In this document: piece after piece, positions 51,741 to 64,000 of the stretch
How positions within the stretch are numbered: the first letter of the stretch is position 1
How the letters are laid out: each line of letters begins with the position of its first letter
DNA from: Azolla caroliniana
Lineage: Eukaryota > Plantae > Polypodiophyta
DNA: 64,000 nt
NCBI GenBank assembly: GCA_043228905.1
Contig: JBHGNT010000001.1
Location: 36,828,001-36,892,000 of the forward strand
Reading direction: 5' to 3'
The notes under the pieces: model-generated
What the model saw: only the letters and a program-made list of their open reading frames with translations
Database searches by the model: none
Told to the model about the DNA's origin: nothing
Program-made: the position numbers and the translations under genes

Positions 51741-52800
51741 AACATTGTTGTGGACATTCAATTCATGGGCAAAGGATCTTACCATTTGGAGTTTACCAAC
51801 CCTTCGTCTGTTGATCATTTGTTGAAGATCAAGCATACATCATTGCACGGTGCTTGGATCTCTTTTTACAAGTGGACTCATAATGTGGTTGCAGATGATA
51901 TCCTGCAGCACAATGAAGCCCAAATGATGTTTACAACCGTTTTCCCAAGGTTGAAGAAATAATGGCGTGTGGGATCCTAACATGGGGTCAAGTGTTACCC
52001 CAAGTACGCTCTCTTTTAGGTACAATAATAGGTATTAAAGATGAGACTATGTAGGAGGATGATCATACATGTGGAGCACCAACTGTGAGGATTTTGGCAC
52101 CCATGAATAGTGTCTTACCACCTTCAGTTTTGCTGCCAAATCTACAGGAAAATAAGAAGTCGTTGTCCCAGAGGATTATGTATTAGAGGCTTCCGGATCA
52201 ATGTTTCATACGTAGACATTTTGGGCATTTAGGCAAGGATTGTCCTCGTAAGCGCTATTGATCAAAAGAAGCCTCTAAATCAACTTCTAAGGTGGGGAGA
52301 TCCGACTGGACTCTAGTAGCAACTAAGCATACTTTTAAACATTTTAAATCTTTAGTCAATTCCATAATTTTGTTGGATGCCCCTAAATCGACATTTATGG
52401 AAAAAGAAATTCCTTCTAAGGTCTACCCTACAAGACATCATGAGTTAGAGGTTTCATCTAGTGTGCGGAACTAAAGGTACTCAATTGGGGGATAAAGGTA
52501 AGCAAATTCTTCAATCCTTGCCTCACCCGGTGCCTCAAGACAAGGGGCGAGAAATTGAATGTTCAGGTGTTGTTATGGATTGTGAAAAGTAGTTATCTTT
52601 AGTAATCCATGAGGAGGATACATCAAAACAGAAGTCCTTTTGGTTAAGGAGATAGTGATGCCTCAGAATAATAATGATTTCTCTTTTTTGGCAGTATCCT
52701 TGGTTAAAAGTGATACCCCTCCATTGGAAAAAGTTTTGTCAGTCCGTTCACATAAATACTCAGGTAAAGATATGATGACAACTAGAGGACAATTACGAGT
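51740..52800 (+). mobile_element. Degenerate LINE ORF1 relic (DUF4283-like + zinc knuckle)
   Basis: DIQFMGKGSYHLEF...SFYKW segment and a decayed CCHC knuckle (CFIRRHFGHLGKDCPR) near 52202. Confidence 0.65.
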
Positions 52801-52869
52801 TGCTGAGGAAAGAAGACATAGAGGAGTAGTTTTGGCAGGAAAACAAATAATTTCATAATAATTAAATTT

Positions 52870-54760
52870 GAAATTTTGCTTGCTTGTAGGTCGAAAGCAT
52901 GTAGCAACATAGAAAATGGTCAAGAAATATACCCACATATTGTTTTCCATGCTTTTGATAGAGATGTCTACATGGCAAATTCATCAGTTGTTATGTATGT
53001 GAAGTGTGGCTTGATAGCTGAAGCAAAAGTATCCCGACATTGGTGGATATGTACATAAAATGTGGGTATGCCAAAAATGGAGATGGCCAGAAAGCACTTG
53101 ATTTCTTTGAACAAATGCATAGAGAGGGAGTGTTGCTTGATGTGGTCACGTTTCTCTCTATCTTGAAAGCTTGTGGTAGCATTCGAAGCCTTGATAAGGG
53201 TAAAAAAATACATGGTACGATTAATGTTGTAATATATTCGTGATGCTTGAAAGCGTGTCGAAGAGTAGGAGACATTGAGAAAGTACGAAGACTGTAGGCA
53301 AATATTGTATATGGTTACTGGTATCTTGATGTAAAAGTTTATTGGAAGAGAATGTTATGCTTGGGAATGCTTTTGTTGACATGTATGCCAAATGTGATGA
53401 TTTGGAAAAACCTCAGTTGGTGTTTGATGCACTTCTTATTCAAGATTTGTTCTCATGGAATTCATTGATCTCAGGATATGCTCTGGATGGACACAATGAA
53501 GTTGCATTGAAGTGTTTCAAATAGATGTGCAGAGATGGGTTTTTGCCCAAATGCCATCACTTTCACTTGCATCTTGAAGGCATGTGGAATAGATAGGGGG
53601 AAAGAAATCCACCATGAGATTATCCACATGAATGCTTAAACAAGCATGTCGAGGTTGGCAATGTGTTGGTGGATATGTATGCAAAATGTGGTTAGCTAGA
53701 AAAAGCGTAGGAAGTGTTTGATGAGCTTTGTGTTCGTGACATTATATCTGTGGAATGTTTTGATCGGTGGATATGTTTAGCGAGGGGAAGGAAGCAAAGC
53801 TAGAATTTATTTCAAGAGGATGCAATGTGATCACTTCTTGCCAAATACAAGCACCTCCATTTGCATATTGAAGGCTTGTTCAAACACAAGGGCTTTACAC
53901 AGGGGTGAGCAAATTCAAAATGAAATTGTAAGTGAAAGATTGATCGGTAAAGTTCAGGAACTAGATATTGTTTTGGTGGATATGTTTGTCAAAGTTCAGG
54001 AACTAGATATGCTTCTTGGAATGCACTAATTTCAAGATATTCCCAACATAGATTTGGCCAGGAAGCATAATTTGAATCTTTTTGAACAAATGCAAAATGA
54101 TGGTCTTTCTTCGGAGGCAAACACCTTTGTAAGTTTGCTAAATGCCTATGGCAATGTAGGAGTGGTTGATAAGGGCATGAGTAAGAGGTTGTTAGAAGAC
54201 AATATTGAACTTGGGAATGCTTTGGTGGACATGCATGCTAAATGTGGTGAGCTTGAAAAAGCACAAAAAATAACATTCAATGGTCGTCTCTTGGAATGCT
54301 TTGATATCGGGATATGCTAAAAAGGGTCATGCTAAAAAAGCATTGGATTCTTTATAGAAAATGTAACTCGAGGGTCAAATCTTGCCAGATGCGGTCACGT
54401 CTTTGTGTGTGTTGAATGCATGTTGTCATTCAAGCTATGTGAACCTATGAGTTGCTGGCCAACCAATTGTTTAATGCATTCCGAGATTATTTAAAGCATC
54501 CATGTTGGATTATTCAAGCCCTTCAAATTGACATTGACAATCACTACAATGGTGTTAATGCTTGCATTTGCTGAGCAATAATTGAAACCCAAGAGCTTTT
54601 TGATGAATTATTGTTGGTTATTTGGGCTATATTAAGCATGATTAGAATGAGGATGCTATACAATTTTATCCTCAAATGCTTGTGCAAGGCTTCCTCTTAC
54701 CTAATATGATGACATTTTTTGGTATGTTGAAAGCATGTGGCAACATGGGAGAATTGGTTG
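52870..54760 (+). pseudogene. PLS-class PPR pseudogene
   Basis: Fragments such as VDMYIKCG, DVVTFLSILKACG, GNAFVDMYAKC and SWNSLISGYA in changing frames, with many stops, frameshifts and deletions. Confidence 0.9.
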
Positions 54761-56174
54761 TACATACTAAAATGAAATTAGATTTTGTGATGGATGGAGG
54801 AGTTGTGGGATAGATTGGATTCAATTGTTGCACAATCTCTACAGAAAGCATAGTGTTGTTGCTTATGTGCCTTTTTTAAACTAATCGAAGGATATTTTGT
54901 TTTGAAAAAAAAAACTCAATCTTCTAGTTGTCATGTGAGTAGAGAAAACATCGTATATAGTTGATCACCTAAGGAGACAAAACAAGAGACAAATCTATGC
55001 CGTAACATTTATAGTTAATCACCTTAGGACACAAAATGAATGCATGTATAACATGGCAACACAAATCACATCCATATACGCTAGGAGTAACAATTTCCTT
55101 ACAACGTTTCGGCTTTAGGAGAAGGTAAAATAATTCCATTGCCTAATCATACAATTATAAGCAAGCTAGATAACTCAATTTTGACCTTGGAATCCTCCCC
55201 AATTAAAAGGTAAAATAAACCTAATTGTTTGCACATTTGAGGCAGCTACTTGGGTAAATGACGGTTATTGATTGGACATGCACCGGGTCATTCCTATTGG
55301 GCTCGCTAATGTTGTTTGAGTGTACATTGAATTTCACTTTCTCCCATGATAGGGGGCTAGACTATAACTACTTTTTTGATGGACCCACTTTTTTTTTTGT
55401 AACTAAATGGACGCTTGCCACATGAGTTGAGCAATCCATTCAGTTTGGCATTGTCGTGGAAGGCGGCATAAAAGACAAGCATTATGGTTTGTCAATGCTT
55501 GCTACTAACATTTCTTGGTGCTAGATACAAATTACAATACATGCATTTGCATCCTGCCCCCAACGGGTCATTCATTTAGATTAATCAAGTCAAGTCAAGT
55601 CAAGTCCATTTGGATAAAAAAATGAGGCCTAGAAACCAATGAAAGGTATGGGAAGTGAGCAGTGAGCATGTCAATGGATCGTATAATGCATGGATGGGAT
55701 GGGTTAAGCCAAAAGGTCAAGAAAAGGATGAGGCAGAATACGGATAGAAGAAGCTTGGAAACCAATGATATCATGGTATGATATGTTTAATGTTATGATG
55801 CGTGGTGCCTCCAGAAATAGAAGTCTCCCTCCCTCTCTTTCTTTTCTTTCTCTCTCTCTCATACTCATCATCTGCAACGGTATAATCTCCATCTCTCTCT
55901 CTCTCAAATTTCAAACCCACACGTTCATGCACAGTCACACGCACACGTTATAAAAGCTTCTTCTCTTTCTTCTTCTCCCTCTCAGCCTTCATCTCTGCAC
56001 TCCCCACCCATCCGTCAGGTAAATAAATCCTCATCTCAACAACCCCCCCCCCCCCCCCACCCCTCCCTTTTCCCCCAATTCAGAAACCCTAATTTCTCCA
56101 TAGCATCTGCGTCTGAGGATCCCAACCCTAATCACGCTGCTCCACTTTCGTTCCAGGTGGTCTTTGTTCTGTAA

Positions 56175-58451
56175 ATGAAGTAAGTGCCCCTCCCGTTCTC
56201 CTTGTCTCTGCCTCGTTATTGTGGCCTTTCTTATCTTTGCATGATGTGCCTACTGTTTCCGTGATGGTATTTCTGATGATTTCCATGCGACGACAAGATC
56301 CTCTTAAGATTAGCTTTTCGTCACACATCCGTTCTGGTAAAATAGTCAGGATATCCGTTATTCAGATAGCACTGTTACATTCTGCATACTTCTGATTTCT
56401 GCGTACGTCTACATTACACCATTTCACTATCAGAAACCTTCATTTCACGGTGTTAGAATCTCAAACATAAGCTTAAGCATAAGCCATGAATGTCTGTTTG
56501 TCTGTGCTAATCTGTGAACCTAGCAATTTGATTCTGAATTTCTCTTTAGATCATAATGTTACTTGTTGTTCCTTCTTCACTGTCAAAAACGGCCATAAAT
56601 TATCATGCTAAACGTCTGCTTTTCTTTGCCTGCTTCATTCTTACCAAGCGTTTCTTTCTCACATCTTATTTGATGGTGTCCTCTGTATGTTTGCAGGTTG
56701 ACTCTTTCACAATGTAAGGCTGATAGCGAGAGTGCTGCCCTGCGGGGCTTGCGGCGAAGTCTCAGAAGTTCTCACTCTTCTTCTTCATCTTCTTCGTCAT
56801 CTCGTTCAATTCAGCAGCATCTCGAAGCATTACCTAGTCTGCAATGTACACCGGTATACTCAGTAGTCACGTCTGCTTCCGTCTCTGTCAAGCCTCAAAA
56901 GCAGCGCCGCGTCAAATTAGCAAGGAAGAGAGAAGAAATAGTTCTATCCACTTTGGAAGAAGAATCCGGTACTTTTGATAAATCCAAAGCTTCGATTCGT
57001 CGACAGAGATCCTTGGATCTTACCTTGACAAGACGATCAAACCTTCCTAAAACATTGTGCAGAACATCCTCTTGTACAACAATCGGAAGGAAGAGGGTTA
57101 TAGGCTTTGATGATCATGAATACAACAGTACTTCTTGTTTTTCTTCAGACCTCGAAGAAGACAAAGAAGATTCGCCAAGAAAGCGATTTGCTTCTCCCAA
57201 GACACCGTCAAGTTGTCTTGACAGGAGTCCTTCCGCATCTTCTTCTGATCTTTCATGGTGGTCTGCAGACCCTGAAACACCTTCAGCTCCTTATTTATTT
57301 GACTTCAGCAACGAAAAACAGTGTATTGGTGGCGATTCTCTTCTAGAGGATCTCCCTTTCGACATACTGGTGAGTCTTAAACTTTCCTCTTTCTTCGTCC
57401 ATTGTGTCTTTACCTTTTTGAGAATTGCACCAATTCCACGAATCTTCGCAGTTTAATGGTCATTTCTACTCAAATGTAGCAGAAGCTTGAAAATTGTTTT
57501 GCTTGATATATCTTCGTTAAACTTACCCTTACTTTCTTCTGTCTTTACTTTCTTGAAATGTTTCGGAAGCTGTTTATGTGAAGTTCTTTTCAGCTTTGTT
57601 TTTGTTCTCTCATTCTTGCCATTATCATCTTAAAATACGGTACTTCACAATGGTTCAGTTTTATTTCTTCTCAGTTTATCTCTGTTAGCTTGGAATACAT
57701 CAAACATTGATTCCTTGTCATGCCATTATTGTCTTGAAATGTAACAATTTTATGCTTGTTTGTGTGTGTTTATTCAAATTCATGTATTTATGTTTTGAAA
57801 TGTAGAAATCTTATATTTTGTTTTCAATTTGTTGATTTGATGCAGCTTCACATTGTCTGTTGCCTCGAACACGACAATCTTAAACCTGTGTCACAAGTGT
57901 GCAGACGCCTATTTCAAGCAGTAAGTTGCACGTATATCTTTACTATTCTGATTAGACTCACTGATGCATATATTTAATTCTAAAAGGATGCTTTCCCTTG
58001 TCTTTAATTGCTTCAGGTCTCTACTGCCTGGCAGAATCATTTTTGTTTCACGACTCCTCGCCGTGAGAAGAAAGGATTGAAATTTGAGCTCTTTCCTGAA
58101 GAGCCGCGAGCCGAAACAGCACCCTATGGGTATGTCTATGATTCCTTGTATAATTGTATTTAATTGTCAAGTCAACCCTAAACAGTTTTTCTTTATAACA
58201 GAAATCAAGGGGTGGGGATGTTCATTCATCCTCCAACACCCCAAGCTCCAAGGCAGCCACTGAGACCAACAGAAACAAGGTTGAATGAATTATCTGAAAT
58301 TTGCACATTTGCTCCTTCGGCATCATCATTATCAGCTACATCAATATCGGCTGATGCTGATAGGATGAAACCTTTGTCTTTATCATCTCACCGAGTGTTA
58401 TTCAGTGAAGATGAGCTTTGTCAGGCAGTTGCAGAAAACACCCTTTCGTAG
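56175..58451 (+). CDS. F-box protein, At4g35930/FBS-like, ~371 aa, 5 coding exons
   Basis: Exons 56175-56179 (ATGAA), 56697-57369, 57846-57920, 58017-58129 and 58202-58451 join in frame. F-box LEDLPFDILLHIVCCLEHDNLKPV; motifs SCTTIGRKRV, HFCFTTP, PPTPQAPR, HRVLFSEDELCQAVAEN. TATA at ~55949. Confidence 0.88.
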
Positions 58452-59129
58452 AATTGAGATTTTACTTCTGTATTGTTTCACAGGCTGAATTCCTCCCATC
58501 AACCTGCTATATAATTATTATATACTTTTGGCTTTTGGTGAACTATTTACTCAATGCTGTTGTACATGTTATTTTCAGTTAACTATTATACCCCTATGAT
58601 TATATTTCTGATGGAATTGTTGTACGTATTTATTTGCTGCCTATGTAACAGTTTATAGTGGGATTTCTGGCCATCCATGTGAATGTCTGATGTTTTAGGT
58701 TTTCATGTCTTTTGATGATGTTGGTTGGCCATAGCAAAATCTTATGATTCCAAAATAGATTACACGAGGCTTTTAACAAATCATGTGTCATGAAAATCAA
58801 ATGTTAACCTTACCATCTCATGAATTAATGGTAAGTAATGATTGAATCATAGTGAGTGATACCAAATTCTGCTTTGCTTACATGTCAATCAGGCATACTC
58901 ACCCACACCCACTATCATAAATATTTACGCATGCAAAAAATGCAAAAATAGAAACGTTTGATTATCAGCTATAAGTTATAACATTATCTCTATACATAGA
59001 ATAATGAAAGGCTTTGAGAACGCTGTTACATTATAGCTATCTCAATAATTGAATTGTGGAAACTAAAAATGCACCCAGAGGTATACAATGAGTGGACAGA
59101 TACATTTTTAACTCATTGCAAGAGATATA

Positions 59130-59513
59130 TTAACAAGCCAGCCAGTTCTTATGCGTGCTAATTAATGCCGAGAGTAGCCCACAACTGGATAGAAGAAGTG
59201 GGTTTGAGAAGACACCCTTTCCATCTCGGATATCACTTAAAGCAAGAAGAGTATCCGAGAGATCTTGAATGATGGATAAGATCTTCATAGCTCGTTTCTG
59301 GCGAATTTCTGAGACCATTCTTTCCACTCCTGAGGGTTCATCAATGTCTTCTTGCTTTTTGAGAGCAATCAGGAGGTTGGATTCCTTGGCAAACATGGCT
59401 TGGATTTGCAGGCTTTTCAGTGTAATGCTGCCAAAGTACCCAATAAACTCTGCCCAGGCACTTACCGTTTGTAGTCTTTTCTGATGTTTTTTGTCCAGAA
59501 GCCCAGATTTGGT
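59130..59513 (-). CDS. PEX11B: Peroxisomal membrane protein PEX11b-like, last exon (upstream exon(s) not found in the window)
   Basis: KSGLLD..SAWAEFIGYFGSITLK..LSIIQDLSD..SDIRDGKG..GLLSALISTHKNW matches the plant PEX11b C-terminal half. Probable acceptor ggcag| at 59514. Confidence 0.88.
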   Translation of the reverse strand, partial: TKSGLLDKKHQKRLQTVSAWAEFIGYFGSITLKSLQIQAMFAKESNLLIALKKQEDIDEPSGVERMVSEIRQKRAMKILSIIQDLSDTLLALSDIRDGKGVFSNPLLLSSCGLLSALISTHKNWLAC

Positions 59514-59885
59514 CTGCCCAAAACATGTGAATATATATATCAGTAAGTCCCTTCTGCAGAAAATATGATGCAAAATAAATACATACTTTCAAGGCAATGG
59601 GAAATGTTTTGAAATGCAAGTTTTTCATGCATATAATGGGAAACATTTATGACCTCTATGGCTAGGTCTTCAGACAAGAATTCTGATCACTGATTCTTTG
59701 TGTGTTGTGAGTGCTTTCTAACAATATGCACAAACTATTATGAATTATAAAACTCATTCCACCAGACGCATTATGATCATGATCATGGAGGTTTAGGAAA
59801 CATACAGCATTTACTTTTGTTTCAGTAGGAATAACATGAATTTACCGTTTCTGTAATCATGATTTGCCTCACGTGACAAATTTGG

Positions 59886-59919
<34 letters not shown>

Positions 59920-60369
59920 GATTTGGCAACAGTAGAATTGATTACTGAATGAGCAACATGCAGCAAGTCTGAGGTTGATAGATTGGGCCAGCTGCCAGAC
60001 AAGGTTCAAGAATAATCTGCAAACTATTCATGATTTTCTGGTGTTAAATGCCTAGGATCATAAACATGTAAGAGACAAGATCTACAGGATAAAGGGCTTG
60101 GTAAGAGTCCACACAGAAAGCTCTCCCAAATCAATCAAGATAAAGGTTTGGATTAATTCATGATATGAAAGAGCATGAACAATTGTGATCTTATATGCTT
60201 CCCACTAGGAGGTAGAACAATCACAGTTGATTGTATCCTTGGGACAATGGAAGCCACAGGAACTACCAGAACTTCACGATTCAACCCCGTCCAATTGGTG
60301 CCAACCACACCATCTTTTTATAAACCTATCACCACCATATTCACCCTCATCCCATGGCAGTATCAACTT

Positions 60370-63240
60370 TATGCATGAAGTTGCAGAAACTTATTGATGC
60401 CCTAAACTCCCAACTCTCTATTATACTTTATAACTCCACTATCAATAGTTTCCATTCCTTCATAGCATCAAGTCACCAGCTTACGGGAACATGCCCCAAA
60501 ATCAGTAGTACAATGAAGATGTGAAGAGATGTATAGACAACTAGATATAAACGTAAGCGTTGGGGAAACATTACACGCCAGCAAGCAAAAGAGAACCTTA
60601 ATGCACCAAAAAAGAAAGGCTTGCGAGGAAGCATAACATTGGGATTTATAGCACCTCTTCATTTAGGAAACATTCAGGTACCATTCATGATGTATTAGAG
60701 CCCGGAACCCCAACCTCAATTTAGGATCAACAACTATGACATTCTTATTGACAGAATTTGCATCAATTCCCTCCCCGAATCCCCCATACAACCAACGTCA
60801 CAGTCTGACTCTATTTCTGCCACATTCGTCACCTCATACTAAGATCAAGAAATCCATCAACAGCCTTCAACATGGGTGACCATCCAACCACACAAAACTA
60901 CACTTCATTTATGCAGCAATCATAGTTGCTCCTATCCTTGCACACCTGTAAGGGTCTAGACCTTCCAACCAATGAACTATTAACCAAAATTTACAGAGCA
61001 ACGCTTGAAGAAAAACTTAACACTCAGGCTGATGTCAAAGAGTTGTGAGCCCCAAGCCACACAGGCTTACATCATACCAGAGATACATCCTTACATTATG
61101 TTGCTTGGCAGACAAAAACTATAGGCACAAACGAAAAGATTGTATGGCTTCTATGTAGATTCACACAAGGCATTCAATAATGTATCAAATGTCTCCTACA
61201 AAGACTTCATACACTCAGAATTCCCTCTGTCAAGATGTGGGAGATATACAGTATCTGAGAAAATAAAGTGTCTAAGAGTGCCACCAGAGGTCATCACAAG
61301 GACCACTGGTGTGGAGCAAGCAGGGAAGAATGGTTGTGAAGTTTAAAAGGTTGTATTGTAAAGCCTAGATTAATACATTGTAAAATTGTAAGGTTTTCAT
61401 TGTTGCAAGGAGGTACTGAGAGGTAGCATGCACAGCTCATGCATTGCACATATGTATACAAGAGGGTTCTCCTCCCTAGTTGACCTCAAGTAGATCAACG
61501 CCAGTGCTGGGGCTTGTCTATCTAGAACATGTATGAAGTTATCTCCATGCTTCCATACTCTTCTTGCTTGTAGATTCAACCACAAGTCATGACACAAAAG
61601 GGTTTAGTAGTCAACAGAAGGAGGTGTACTTACTGCTCAGGAGTCAACATAGGGTGTCTTCGCAACTCAAGAGTCTACAGAAGAAGGTTTACTCACTGCT
61701 TAGGAGTCAATAGACGGCGTGCTTGCAGCTCAAGAGTTGACAGAAGGGAGGTACTACAGTCACAGCTCAGTGTTGATTCATTGCTTTGTCTAGTTCCCTT
61801 ATCTTCCCTAAACCTTGTGTTACACATCTCATCCTCATGCCTCAAGTTTCATCTGCTCTTATCCTCATCTGCCCTTATTCTATTTCTCATCCTTATCTGC
61901 TAACATACTCGTATCTTCTTCTGCCCATCCACTCGTCTGTCCAGCCAACCTTTTGTTTGTCTTTCGAGCATCTGTGACATCTATCCTCTTTAGACTCTAA
62001 ATTGACAAAGTAGAAAACTACATCACATGTGGAGACAGCGAGGGAATTGATAAATTAAGTACTCATCATCATTGTTTTTCACACTGGTGGCCTAATATTG
62101 GTCTCTAAATTTCATGCAGGTCTACAACATTAACTTAATGCCCTAGATTGTTTTTGCATACAAGTTCATGATCTTCTGCATATGTACACTGACTCAGCAA
62201 GTTACATCCACCCTAGCAAGCACTATTGAAGTAATAGATTCTTATGTCTACCTAGGAGTCACATTTACAACCACTATTTGGTTTTTCCCTCTCATCCGAG
62301 CCTCCAGAGATCAAACACACTTGAAGTAACACAGCTCTGGCTACAACACCAATACCACTAGGAACCTCATACCAATGTATGGCTATTCAACACCTTGGGC
62401 ACCTTCACCCTTATTCAAGGTGCAGACATATGGGCTCCATGCCTTTCTAAACACATGGACACAAGTACAGAATCCACAAGTCAAGATGAAGATACACGGA
62501 AAAGCCTCCATCCCTAAGAGATCATCTACACTGAATTGACTGGACACCTCATTAGGGTAGAAACACTATTTGATACAGTGAGCCTTGTCATCCAAACCAT
62601 GCCACCTCAGTGAATTACACTCAAACATATTTGAAGCATTGAAGGGAACTATGGCAACACAATAGGGTGACGGGTGCAACCCACAGAGGAGCTGCAGTCG
62701 TTCAGCACAGTGACCTTAAAATTATGAATTTGCTGCCCTTCCAATACCCTAAAACTCTCCAAATGATGAATTGAACAAGGAATAGTGGCAAGAACTATAG
62801 AAACTCAAAATAAAATAAAAACATGGAGCACCTTAAGGTCACTTTTTTTCACAAATGCCTACAACAAAGATAATTTCATGAACTTCCAAAGAGAATGATG
62901 GACATGGACATCGATATGAGTTATAGGTCATCACATAGCAATAGGACACTTACAGTTTCCTCCCACAAGCTAAAGATCAAAGCAGCACAGCACATTGCAA
63001 ACCTAGAGACGAGAGGCTTTGCAAGTTCCATAAAGGAGAGCTTGGGAACAAGGAAAACTAGTGGTATCTTACAAGCACATCAGAGAGATGTCCACTACAA
63101 TCCTTGTAGAGCGTACCACTACTGGTCAAATGATGGAGAAGGCTGACCCACATCACGGTGTCCAAGGCTTGCGTGAGTTTTAAAAGCATAGGACATATTC
63201 CTTTATATTAGCAGAAGGATGCAACAGCAATCACACAGCA
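60370..63240 (+). mobile_element. Highly degenerate RTE-like LINE relic in the presumed PEX11B intron
   Basis: Remnants LYGFYVDSHKAFNNV (61140), IDSYVYLGVTF (~62234) and VSSHKLKIK (~62955). Boundaries approximate. Confidence 0.6.
61228..61979. mobile_element. Solo-LTR-like element, 752 bp, with internal ~30-bp tandem repeats
   Basis: Inverted termini TGTCAAGATG...CATCTGTGACA. It interrupts the RTE relic. gagtcaacagaagg-type units at ~61608-61770. No exact TSD. Confidence 0.7.
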
Positions 63241-64000
63241 TTGAGTTCTTCCACAGGCCCCCATTTCCTCTGACAACATGCCAAGGAGTTATCATCAAAA
63301 GAGCATAGCAATGTTGATAGCAACTGAGACCATGAGTACCTGGATGCAAGGAACATAGGCTATACCAACACTAGATCCATGGCGTTCAGTGCTCACCATA
63401 TCCAATCCACCCAAGGACACTAAGATGCATTCAGTGAGCTTTGTTGTAGGTTTTGATTCAACTGCACCAACCAGCACCAGGCATCATGCCCCCTCCTCAC
63501 CATTCATTCCACACATATTACTTATGCACTGTGTGCTCATAAATCTGTCTCAAGAACCATTACCAAGGGTAAAGCTAACCATACATTATGATCATTCCAT
63601 TGGATCCTTAAGAAGCATAGAATATCTACTTGGAATTCAGGGCAGGTAAGCTAAAAAACCTCTCCCGCCATCACAACAAGACCGTTGATTCACACAGTAA
63701 ACAAGAGAATACTATCGTTTTCTTCCTCAACTTTCTTATGATGTAGCACCATTTCTCGACCTTCAACATGAATGGAACATTTCTGGGTCTACTTTGCAGT
63801 AGCACAAAGAAAGTTTCTTGATTCATAATTCACCAAATAAAAGATGCTTAAATCCAACAGAAAGAAAAAAACAAAAAAAACAAGATTTCCTTCGCCATGA
63901 AAACAATAACTTGTTGACTCAGCGAGAAAAGCTGCGAATAAAGCTATGGTTTTCTTGATCAGACATAAAGCGTGCCAATTTGGTGGTCATTTGGAACAGA

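Noticed and set aside
61608-61770. CRISPR-like ~30-bp periodic repeats
   Set aside because: These are degenerate tandem units with no unique spacers, inside an LTR-like element in eukaryotic DNA.

Overview
Nuclear DNA from a land plant, probably a fern or other seed-free plant (inferred from PLS-class PPR style, LINE families and GT-AG introns). Protein genes reconstructed: an intronless divergent BTB/NPH3-like gene, a PLS-E+ PPR gene, an ELF4-like clock gene, a twin-CX9C small protein, a nodulin-like MFS transporter, RPS20 (uS10), an uncharacterised 3-exon gene, an F-box gene (At4g35930/FBS-like) and the last exon of PEX11B. RNA genes are tRNA-Gly(CCC) and a stand-alone box C/D snoRNA (U34/snR62-like). 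Much of the rest is transposon-derived: a young L1-type LINE with one nonsense codon, LINE and RTE relics, a rearranged Copia element fused to a LINE ORF1 relic and a PPR pseudogene, solo-LTR-like pieces and a small TIR family. I found no convincing new multi-gene system. The best signals are the snoRNA gene, a start-codon micro-exon with an AUG-stop behind it in the F-box gene, a duplicated 5'-UTR micro-exon of the BTB gene, and an overlapping uORF plus clock motifs at ELF4. All gene models and alignments were made by eye.
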